A stretch of 64,000 bases of DNA from a virus, in the IMG/VR virus record IMGVR_UViG_3300031565_000014, positions 1 to 64,000 of that record; one strand, given 5' to 3'. Numbering within the stretch: the stretch's first letter is position 1; each line of letters opens with the position of its first letter. Position numbers and translations under genes: made by a program. Below, piece by piece: positions 47,682 to 56,850 of this stretch. Under the pieces are notes generated by a model, which saw nothing but the letters and a program-made list of their open reading frames with translations, did no database searches and was not told where the DNA came from.

Positions 47682-50600
47682 TACTTACAATTATTTTTAA
47701 GGGCGTTAATAAAACCAGATTTAAAATCTTTAGAATCTTGCTTAATTTTTGCCAAAGCTTTATCTTTATCTAATTTTTTAGAATTCACTTGCAAAGTGGC
47801 AATCATTGCTTTAACAGAATCTTTACTTAACATAGATTTTTCTTTTTTAACAGCTGTTTTAGTAACAGTGCTTGTTTTCTTAACTTGCTTAGTTTCACCA
47901 TCAGCATCTTTTATTGTAGTACTATCTTTATCTTGCTTAACTACTTTTTGTTGTTTACCTTCTACTTCTACAAAAGATCCTTCGGCTACTTCTCCAACAG
48001 GTCCTGGTTTATTTATAGAATTTTTATAATCAGCAATTACTTCATCGACTAAGTTATTTATAAAAATAGTGAAATTTGCTGTACCTCCCAGTAATTTTTC
48101 TAATTTATTTTCTTTACTCTTGAGTAATTTCTCAATTTTTGTGTAAACTTTATCTCTTAAAGCATTATCTTTTATTGTATGTATAGAAGGAATTTTAGGT
48201 ATCACATCCTTCATTACATTTTTTACATATTTACTTGTAGAAACAATGTCTGCTTCATCTAAAATTTCATCTGTAATCTCATTTGTAATTTCTTGAACTA
48301 TATAAACATGTGACTTTCCTTGTCCTTTAGACCAAGCTTTTAATTGTGGCGTTTCTTCCGTAATTATACTGGTATTATATACTTCTGTAGAATCTCTATA
48401 ACCTACATAGGATATTTTAAATAATTTATTACCATGTTTAAATATTTTAGTCTGAGCTACACCAATACCTTTAATTTTATCTGTATAAGATTTAATAACA
48501 AAACCTGTATCTTTAAGTGAAGCTAATGCTTCTGTTTCTTGCTCGTTTAGTGGACTTTCTTCAAGATCTATTGCAATATTAGGGTCTATTCCAGTTGGTA
48601 TTTTTTGACCTTTAGCTGGAATTATACTATCATCTTCAACTTTCTTTTTAACAGTTTCTTTATCTACATAACCTTTTACAGCTTTTTTAAGTAAAGATGT
48701 TATTGGTGATCTTTTTAGTTTAATTAATCCGGGAACACCATCAACAGTACTTTCTGGAGTAACTTGTTCAAATCCTTCAGCAGATGTAACATTTACTGTA
48801 TCACCATCCATTTCATAATTAGAAACTAAAGTAAAGATGTTAATACTACTTGATTCTATTCCTTCAGAAGATCTTAGTAAATCCTCATATATTGTTTGTT
48901 GGTCAGACCATCCTTTAACTCTAGGTTCAAATTCACCTTCGTTAAATATGTATTTAGCTGCTGTAGTTTGATTCCCTGCTTTAAGTGTTTTAAAATCTAT
49001 AATAGCTATTGTACCATCTGGAGCAACAGCTACTAAATCTAAAGTACCACCAACACCGTCAAGACCTGTAGCTTTCTTTTCAGCGTCTGTAAATTCCATA
49101 TAAGTAAATACATCATTAGCTACAAATTTATAACCTTGTTTTTCTAGATTATCTTTAAGTGTAAAGAAAGCATCTACCATTATCTCAAATTGCTCTTGCT
49201 CTATGTTTACTTTAAATCTACTAGATTTAGCATTCATCTCATTAGCTGTTTCTAGATAATTTTCTCTGTTTGCTTTAACTTCTTCTTTTGTTTTACCGTC
49301 AAATATATCTCTACCAACTATATCAGCTAAGTTACCTCTAGCAGCTCCTTGAGCCATATTGTCATTAGATTCAGTTGTTGTGCCATTTACTCTATCTTTA
49401 AAATTAGACTGTCTTTCTAATTTAAGTTTACCATCTGTATAAATAGATGTTTGTGACTTACTTCCACCATCTTGTTGTGTTGATTTTAGTTCTGCTTTTA
49501 ATTCTGTAGCTTTTTTCCAAGCTTCTAATAGTTTAAAAAATTCAGCTTTATTATTTCTCCAAACAGCTTTTATAAGAGTAGTGCCTTGCATTTTCATATA
49601 TTCAGAAACAGATTGTTCATCTATTCCCCAATCTTCTACAATATTTTGAATATCTGATAATAAAAGATTTTCTTTTCCGTTTCTATCTAAATTAGTATTT
49701 GAAAATTCATCTATTGTTTTTGATATTTCCTCACTTTCAAGAAAAATCATTTCTCTATCTATAAGTGCTTCTAGTTCAACTTTTTTAGCTTCAGTTTCAT
49801 TAGATTGTTGTGTTGGTTTAGAAATAGTTGTTGTAACTGTTTTAAAGTTTTTATTCTTCTCTTGTAACGCAGATAGCTTATCTAAAGTTTCTTGTTGCTT
49901 ATCTACTTTAACGGCTTCCTCGTCAACTACTTCTTTAACTTTAGCTTTTTCAGCATCTTCTTTAGCTTGAGTTTCACCTAGTATTTTATATTTAGATTTA
50001 AGATTCTGTATAACTTTAGGATTTTTTTCAAATAAGATATCTACATCACCATAAGCTTCTTGTTCATCTTTGTCTAATGCTGTAAAGGCATCAACTATTT
50101 CATTAAAGAAATCTATAGATAAATCATTACCCCCTTCTGATTGAGGAAATATAAAAGTAGCATATTTAAATATATTAGGATATTTCTCTTGATCAATTGC
50201 GTCCTCTATTTTACCTTCACCCTCTTCTTTAGTAATCTCTTCTTGAATAGGTTTAAGTATACCTTTAGCAAGATATTGTATTACTTCCGCAACAACTGTT
50301 GGGTTTTGAACAGGCTTTAATGTGTGAGCATCAAAAATTTCATTAGGAAATCTTTGTTCACTTTCTTCATCAAATATTTTAGCAAGATCTTCTGGTAATA
50401 AAAATACACCAAATTTATCTAGAAGTTCGTTGGCTAACTTATTCATTTCCTCTGACGTATAATGAGTCTCAAGAACTTCTTTTAAATAATCTTTACGATT
50501 AGCCCATTTATCTCTATAAGATTGTTCTAATGCTGTAAAGTGATTCATGAAACCTTTAGGATCTGCTAATACATTAATAGATTTAGATAAATTGTTACCA

Positions 50601-53302
50601 TCTTCTCTTAAAGCATAAAGATCTTTATATTTAACAAACATTTCATCAAAGTTTGTTGCATCAAATATTTCTCCGTTAACTTCAGCTAATGTTTTAAAAT
50701 AATTTTTAAGATCTAAGTATGTATCTCTAAGACTACCATCTCTTTCAAAATGTTTTGTTCTTATGTAAGCTTCTTGATCTTTTAATTCTTTAAGTTTATT
50801 TTGATATTTTTCTGTTAAATCAAGAGACTCATATTCACTTATTTCTTTTTGTAATTCTTTTAAATATTCTTTTAGATTCTCACTTTCTTCTTTAGTTTTT
50901 TCAGTATTAACATTAACTGTTTCAAATAATCTTTTTAAAGATCTTGCTTGCTGTCTTTTATTTTTTAATAATTTAACTTCTTCTGGTGTTTTATTTTCAG
51001 CGTAACTTAATGCTTCTATTTCTGCATTTAATAATGATAATTGTTGAGCCATTCCTTCTACAGAAAATGTTGCTTGAACATCTTGTGGAGAAATTTTAGT
51101 TTTACCACCATAACTTACAGATTTAAAAACACTAAACATATTATTATTTAGTAGCTCATCTCCTAATTTAGTAATTCTACTAATTGTGTTGTCAAAGTCT
51201 TCTTGAAGAAAAGTGACATCATCAATAGCAGCTTCCCAAGCATTATAACCTATTACTTGAGCAATGTCTTCTGATGAAGGTTCTTTTAACTTAGATATAT
51301 TAGGGTTAAAAGGATTAATTTTTTCTAATTTTTTTCTAGTTTGTTGTATCTTGTGAACTCTATTTAAATCATTATATATACTATTTCTAATAGACTCACC
51401 TGATTGTCCTTTAACTCCAAACGCACTTACTAACTCATCATCAGATAAGCTAGCTAACTCATTATAAATACTTTTAAAATGTTCGAATTTCTGAGGGCTT
51501 TTAATTATATCTAAAGCTCTTGCAATGTCTTTAGCACTTTTAGCATCCTGATAAGCTTTTTGGTCACCAGTCATTTCAGCTTCATCCATCTTACTTTGAC
51601 TTGTACTTTGATTTCTTAATGCTTCTATGTTTGAATTAAAAAAATCTTGAGGGTTATTCTTAAGCCAATCATTTAAAATATCTGCTGTTTTTTCAGCATT
51701 TTTAATTATTTGTTCTTTTTTTTCTTTTTTTTCTGCAGCTTTTTTCTTAAATATTTTTGCGTCTGCATAGTCAAAAGTTTTAATACCTGTTTTCTGTGCT
51801 AACGTTATAGGTGCTCCCATAAGAAAACCTGACATAAAAACCTCAAAACCTTGACCATTCGCCATAGATTTAATTCCATCTGCCATATAATTCCAATAAC
51901 CACCTTCTAAATTATCTGAATATAAATCTTTTGCATAAGATGTAGCGCCTTCACTTATAGACTCTTGGAAATATTCTTGAATACCTTCTGAAAAATTTGC
52001 TTTAGAATATTTAAGTGCACCTAATGCTGTTGCCTTTAAACCGGCTTTAGGGTTTTTTAAGGTAGCTTTACTAAATAACTTATTTGTACCATCTTTAACT
52101 ACTTTAACAGCCTGTTGTGTAGCATCTTTAAGACCTTCTTTGTTAAGGATCATCTTGTAACCTTGGCCTTGAAATAAATCTGTAGAAACACCTCCTTTAA
52201 ATTTTTTAAAAATAGGAGCAAAACTAACTTTGTTGGTCATATAGATTAAACCTAAGTTAGAGTAAAAAGACATATCTTGTGCAGCAAGTGCGGCATTACT
52301 TATTTTCTCCATGTCATCTACACCGGGAGCCTTACCATTTTGAGTTATATATTCATCATATAAATCATCTTTAACAGAATTAAAAGCCATACCTGCTTCT
52401 AACTGAGATTCTGACACAACCATGTTAAGCTCTCTTACATCCCTATAGAAGTTAGCAGCTGTTTTACTTGTTTTAGCTAAATTGGTAAGATTATCCATCT
52501 TATCCCAATTACGTAATGTATTTGTAGTTCCTGACAAAGGATTTAAAAAATCACCAACTTTATTAGCATTTTTATAAAAATTATTAGCTTTAGACATATT
52601 GCTAACATCTTTAACCTTATCAAAAGATTTAACAGCTTTAGTATAATCAAACATATTACTAAAAGCTTTACCCAGCTTACCAGCATTGTAACCTGTTCTA
52701 ACACCTGCAGCAGGAGCAGCTCCTCCAAATGTTACCGCGGAGCCTATAGCCATAATAGCTTCTTCTGCAAATATTTCAGCAATCATACCTACAGTATAAC
52801 CTGAGTTTAAATATAGATTAGTTGTAAAACCACCAATACCACCTTTAGATGATGAACCAATATTAGCAGCTCGTTCATACTCTCTTGCTTCACTTAAGTC
52901 TGGAGAAAAATCTCCTCCTAACATTCTCCCCATTGACTTTATGTTAGACATAGCGCCTATTTTTGCCAAAGTACCCCACTGACCACTTGCTCTCGACATT
53001 TCATCAAGCCAAGAACTATTAGCATTATACACTGCTTCATTATCTCTATAAGGAGAGAAACCTAACTTATTAAATTTAGGATGATTATAATATCTTTCAT
53101 AATTAAAACCCTTACTACTAGCGTCAAAATATTGAGCACCCATTTGAGAAAAAGGATCTTTAACACCAGAGCTTACATTTCTTAAATCATTATAAGAGTC
53201 GAGCGGTGTTGAGTTAGCATCATCTGCAAAATTAATATTAGCATAATCCATGTTGTTTATCTTAAGTGGATCACCTAAGTTAAGTTTACTATAATCAGGC
53301 AT
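47681..53302 (-). CDS. Giant virion/ejected protein with embedded PD-(D/E)XK nuclease domain
   Basis: Gly/Ala-rich TM-like segments, EGIQEYFQE, and GGTLDLV...IIDFKT...QQTIY. Confidence 0.72.
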   Translation of the reverse strand: MPDYSKLNLGDPLKINNMDYANINFADDANSTPLDSYNDLRNVSSGVKDPFSQMGAQYFDASSKGFNYERYYNHPKFNKLGFSPYRDNEAVYNANSSWLDEMSRASGQWGTLAKIGAMSNIKSMGRMLGGDFSPDLSEAREYERAANIGSSSKGGIGGFTTNLYLNSGYTVGMIAEIFAEEAIMAIGSAVTFGGAAPAAGVRTGYNAGKLGKAFSNMFDYTKAVKSFDKVKDVSNMSKANNFYKNANKVGDFLNPLSGTTNTLRNWDKMDNLTNLAKTSKTAANFYRDVRELNMVVSESQLEAGMAFNSVKDDLYDEYITQNGKAPGVDDMEKISNAALAAQDMSFYSNLGLIYMTNKVSFAPIFKKFKGGVSTDLFQGQGYKMILNKEGLKDATQQAVKVVKDGTNKLFSKATLKNPKAGLKATALGALKYSKANFSEGIQEYFQESISEGATSYAKDLYSDNLEGGYWNYMADGIKSMANGQGFEVFMSGFLMGAPITLAQKTGIKTFDYADAKIFKKKAAEKKEKKEQIIKNAEKTADILNDWLKNNPQDFFNSNIEALRNQSTSQSKMDEAEMTGDQKAYQDAKSAKDIARALDIIKSPQKFEHFKSIYNELASLSDDELVSAFGVKGQSGESIRNSIYNDLNRVHKIQQTRKKLEKINPFNPNISKLKEPSSEDIAQVIGYNAWEAAIDDVTFLQEDFDNTISRITKLGDELLNNNMFSVFKSVSYGGKTKISPQDVQATFSVEGMAQQLSLLNAEIEALSYAENKTPEEVKLLKNKRQQARSLKRLFETVNVNTEKTKEESENLKEYLKELQKEISEYESLDLTEKYQNKLKELKDQEAYIRTKHFERDGSLRDTYLDLKNYFKTLAEVNGEIFDATNFDEMFVKYKDLYALREDGNNLSKSINVLADPKGFMNHFTALEQSYRDKWANRKDYLKEVLETHYTSEEMNKLANELLDKFGVFLLPEDLAKIFDEESEQRFPNEIFDAHTLKPVQNPTVVAEVIQYLAKGILKPIQEEITKEEGEGKIEDAIDQEKYPNIFKYATFIFPQSEGGNDLSIDFFNEIVDAFTALDKDEQEAYGDVDILFEKNPKVIQNLKSKYKILGETQAKEDAEKAKVKEVVDEEAVKVDKQQETLDKLSALQEKNKNFKTVTTTISKPTQQSNETEAKKVELEALIDREMIFLESEEISKTIDEFSNTNLDRNGKENLLLSDIQNIVEDWGIDEQSVSEYMKMQGTTLIKAVWRNNKAEFFKLLEAWKKATELKAELKSTQQDGGSKSQTSIYTDGKLKLERQSNFKDRVNGTTTESNDNMAQGAARGNLADIVGRDIFDGKTKEEVKANRENYLETANEMNAKSSRFKVNIEQEQFEIMVDAFFTLKDNLEKQGYKFVANDVFTYMEFTDAEKKATGLDGVGGTLDLVAVAPDGTIAIIDFKTLKAGNQTTAAKYIFNEGEFEPRVKGWSDQQTIYEDLLRSSEGIESSSINIFTLVSNYEMDGDTVNVTSAEGFEQVTPESTVDGVPGLIKLKRSPITSLLKKAVKGYVDKETVKKKVEDDSIIPAKGQKIPTGIDPNIAIDLEESPLNEQETEALASLKDTGFVIKSYTDKIKGIGVAQTKIFKHGNKLFKISYVGYRDSTEVYNTSIITEETPQLKAWSKGQGKSHVYIVQEITNEITDEILDEADIVSTSKYVKNVMKDVIPKIPSIHTIKDNALRDKVYTKIEKLLKSKENKLEKLLGGTANFTIFINNLVDEVIADYKNSINKPGPVGEVAEGSFVEVEGKQQKVVKQDKDSTTIKDADGETKQVKKTSTVTKTAVKKEKSMLSKDSVKAMIATLQVNSKKLDKDKALAKIKQDSKDFKSGFINALKNNCK

Positions 53303-53307
53303 ATATT

Positions 53308-56300
53308 TTAATTATTAAGTAATGTTAAAGCTTTTTGATGTGCTTCTGGAGTACTGTATGCAGTTGGGTGCGATAATACTAATGGTATATTATTAGGATT
53401 TTCTATTATACTAATAAGAGCTTTTTTAGTTAATCCTCCATATAAATAATTAGCATCATCAGTAGAAATATTTTTTGATGTTTTTAGATAATCAAAAATA
53501 TTTTTTTTACTATAGTTTATAGCAACAAATTTATCTTGTTCTTGTAATAATTCTAGCTCATAATTACCATAATCTGTTTCTCCAACGGATGAATAGTTAT
53601 AAGATTCTACAGTTTCTTGCACAAACGCATCTTTGTAAGGATCATAAACAGGAACTGTAAACTCTACAGAAGATTGAGCACCATTAACATTAGTCAATGT
53701 AACCTTACCATAGTCTTCTCCACGAATAGAATTTAAGCTATAATTATCTCCTTTTTTGTCAAGTAAAGCTCTGGAATTTAATGTAGCACTTGACTCGCCA
53801 GCAGATACTCCATATTTAGGTAAATCTGAATTATTAATATACATTGTATACTTACTAGCCACTTTATTAGCTTCAGCTGCCTCATTATTAATATGGAAAG
53901 TTACTTCAGATACATTTTCATCTACTTCTCTTCTGTCAAAAGTTACTATAGGGGATTTAGGTTTTATACCATTTTTTGTTTTATAGTCGTTTTGTAATAA
54001 ACCAAGTAACGAATTTATGTCAGCCTCATTTGCTGTTGAACCTCCTCCTCCTGATGTTACTAAATATACGCTACCTTCGGGCACAGATGGAACACTTTCA
54101 AAATTCATTGTATTTGCAAGTAAGTTACCATCTATAACACTAAAAGCTGAAACATCGTTAACAAACTCTCTTAACTGACTTCTAACTACGTCATCTTCAC
54201 CAATAGTTACAGCACCAGTAGTAACACCATATTTACCCATAGCTAAACCTGATGTGCCCCCTAAATCTCCAAATTTACTATTATCTAAAACTTTATCTTG
54301 AGAGTTATAATGTTCAAAAAGTCCTTCGGTATAACTTGAATACTTAGCGTGCATATTAGCTAAACCAGCTAAAGCCTCTCTGTCAAATACATAAGTATCA
54401 TAGGGAGTTCCCATTTTTCTTGCCCATCGGTCTATGTCAAGAACACTTTTAGTAAGTAAATTATTTAGAGCATCATCTGATAGTGTTATTCCTAATTTTT
54501 CTTCTATGAACTTTTTAGCTTCAGGTTTAGTGTAACCTTCTTTCCAAGGAGTAATACCAAAGAAAACATTTTCAGCTTCACTTAATAATTCATTAGCTTC
54601 TGATGTCCCCGTAAAACCTATCAAAGCACCATCTGCAAAATATTTTTCATAATCACCTTTTACTAACATATTGTTAGCTAGATTATTAAAATTTTTAACA
54701 TTACCATTCTCATCAATAAAATCAGAATTACCAGATTTAACAGCATAGTCAGCTGTTATTTGCTTATGCTCTGTTATTGCTTTTTTCTTAACTTGCTCTG
54801 CTTTATTTAATTGTATTTTTGTTTCAGGAGTATATACACTATTGTATATTTTATTTTCTACATAGTCTGAAGCATATTTATTTTTTTCAACGTTCAACTG
54901 AAATAGTCTTGATAACTTTTCAGCAGGAGCACCATTGATCCCTATATTTGCGTAACTTACTGTAGATCCTATTTTACCACCAACCTCTAATATTTTTTCA
55001 AAAAATTTACCATTATACTTAGCTGGTATACTTGCAGGAAGTATATCAGTTTTACTGTCAGGAAAATCATTTATAAATGCTTTTAGCTCGCCTGGTTCTA
55101 TACCATACTTTAACATTTCAGTTAATGACATATTTTTTAAAACATCTTTAGCTACCTTTTTAAGTTGGTCACCTATTTTTGTTGTTGTTTGAGCTACTCC
55201 TTTAAAATTTGAACCTTCTTTATCTGAGTATAAAGCATTATATTCTGCTGTTAGCTTGTCAGATACACTGACACTTAATTTCTGATGTTCGTCTTTAACA
55301 GTATTAATAACACTATTAATTTTATCTACATACTTATCATAACCTTCTTGATCAGGTAACCAGTCAACAATTGAAGGTTCATCATATGTTTTAGTTTTTA
55401 GTTTAGGTATTTTCTCTAATTTTTCTAACTCAATAGCATCTCTATCTGCTTGAATGTTTTTAATTTTATCTAGTAGATCACGATTATCAGTAAGAAGTGC
55501 TATGTCTTCTACTGACATGTCACCTTTAATAAATTCTTTTAATAGTGAATTTTCATTATTAATAGCATCTCTCTGCATAGCATTTTGATGACTAATCGCT
55601 TGAACAACAAAAGGATTTGCTTTTAAAGTTTGTGATGTATTAATGTTAGCAATAGCTCTTGCTGAATTCATTATATCACCATTCATCATAGCGCTTGCTA
55701 TAATATTATCAGACATAGCAGGATTTTGAATAACCCCCTCTATTCCTACGTTTTCTATTGCAGAATTAGTACTATTAGCTGTATTTTGAATTCTAGCTGA
55801 GCTTCCTTCATAAATATTTAAATCTTGTTGTAACTTTTCTAATTCTGCTTCTAATATAGATTTTGGTGTAATTTTTTTAACACCACCATTTGATATATAG
55901 TCTATTTCACGTTTTGCAGAACTAACCTTACCTTTAGCTTCTTTAGCTGCTTGATTATTTAAATTTTGAGCATTCTTAACTTTAGCTATTTGCTGTTCTT
56001 GAGCTGCTGTTATATCTCCGTATATTTGAGCATAAGATTCTTGATCACTAACTCTTAGTAACTTAGCTTTCCCTTTATAAAAGTTTATAGCTCGTTGATT
56101 AGTGCTCATTGCAGCTGATATAAAATCTGATAAAGGTCTTTCAGCTATTGAACCATTCTTTTGTGTAACTAACCAATTACCGTTAGGTGCTTCTTGTATA
56201 ATTTCAAAACCGGCTTCTTTAGCTAATTTCTGAGCTTCCTTCATCATATTGAAATTATCAACATAATTACTCATACCTGTTTTAAGAGATTGCTCGTCTG

Positions 56301-56766
56301 TAGTATTAGCAAATTCTTGACGTTCTATGTTTAATAAATCAACACCACCTTGCCAATATTTATCACCGCATTTTTCATCATCCATGCACGTTCTTAAAGC
56401 TTCTGATCTTTGCATTTCTTGATTCCAATGTCTAGTCCACGTAATATCATAAACCATATGGTCATCTTCGTAAAAGGGTTTAAAAACCCCTCTTGCAGCA
56501 TCTACGTTTTGTGGTAAAGAAAGATCACTATTAGATATCTTTCTTAGTTGACTTTCCATGTTACCCAACCATTCATCTCTACGTTCTTGATTAGCTCCTC
56601 TAGTTAATGGAGCATTTAGTATGCTATTATATGCACTATTAATTTGCTCCCAACCTTGATCATATTGACCTTGTTTTGTTGCAAGAGCTCCTTGAAAAAA
56701 GTTATAATCAGGATTGAATGTTACATTAGGGATGTAGTCTGTTACACCCTGTAAGTATGTTGCCAT
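53308..56766 (-). CDS. Large virion cargo protein
   Basis: 1152 aa, helical Q/N-rich N-terminus, located in the cargo operon. Confidence 0.65.
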   Translation of the reverse strand: MATYLQGVTDYIPNVTFNPDYNFFQGALATKQGQYDQGWEQINSAYNSILNAPLTRGANQERRDEWLGNMESQLRKISNSDLSLPQNVDAARGVFKPFYEDDHMVYDITWTRHWNQEMQRSEALRTCMDDEKCGDKYWQGGVDLLNIERQEFANTTDEQSLKTGMSNYVDNFNMMKEAQKLAKEAGFEIIQEAPNGNWLVTQKNGSIAERPLSDFISAAMSTNQRAINFYKGKAKLLRVSDQESYAQIYGDITAAQEQQIAKVKNAQNLNNQAAKEAKGKVSSAKREIDYISNGGVKKITPKSILEAELEKLQQDLNIYEGSSARIQNTANSTNSAIENVGIEGVIQNPAMSDNIIASAMMNGDIMNSARAIANINTSQTLKANPFVVQAISHQNAMQRDAINNENSLLKEFIKGDMSVEDIALLTDNRDLLDKIKNIQADRDAIELEKLEKIPKLKTKTYDEPSIVDWLPDQEGYDKYVDKINSVINTVKDEHQKLSVSVSDKLTAEYNALYSDKEGSNFKGVAQTTTKIGDQLKKVAKDVLKNMSLTEMLKYGIEPGELKAFINDFPDSKTDILPASIPAKYNGKFFEKILEVGGKIGSTVSYANIGINGAPAEKLSRLFQLNVEKNKYASDYVENKIYNSVYTPETKIQLNKAEQVKKKAITEHKQITADYAVKSGNSDFIDENGNVKNFNNLANNMLVKGDYEKYFADGALIGFTGTSEANELLSEAENVFFGITPWKEGYTKPEAKKFIEEKLGITLSDDALNNLLTKSVLDIDRWARKMGTPYDTYVFDREALAGLANMHAKYSSYTEGLFEHYNSQDKVLDNSKFGDLGGTSGLAMGKYGVTTGAVTIGEDDVVRSQLREFVNDVSAFSVIDGNLLANTMNFESVPSVPEGSVYLVTSGGGGSTANEADINSLLGLLQNDYKTKNGIKPKSPIVTFDRREVDENVSEVTFHINNEAAEANKVASKYTMYINNSDLPKYGVSAGESSATLNSRALLDKKGDNYSLNSIRGEDYGKVTLTNVNGAQSSVEFTVPVYDPYKDAFVQETVESYNYSSVGETDYGNYELELLQEQDKFVAINYSKKNIFDYLKTSKNISTDDANYLYGGLTKKALISIIENPNNIPLVLSHPTAYSTPEAHQKALTLLNN

Positions 56767-56774
56767 AAGATATC

Positions 56775-56832
56775 TTTTATAATACTAATATACTAAATTA
56801 TAATAGTATGATTGTAAACTATTAAAGTTTAT
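56775..56832 (-). promoter_or_regulatory. Putative promoter/operator for the vRNAP operon
   Basis: Minus strand: TAAACT-N5-AGTTTA inverted repeat, then TATATTAGTATTATAA; a similar TATATTGGTATATAA precedes the holin. Confidence 0.4.
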
Positions 56833-56850
56833 CACTTTATAAGTAAGTTA

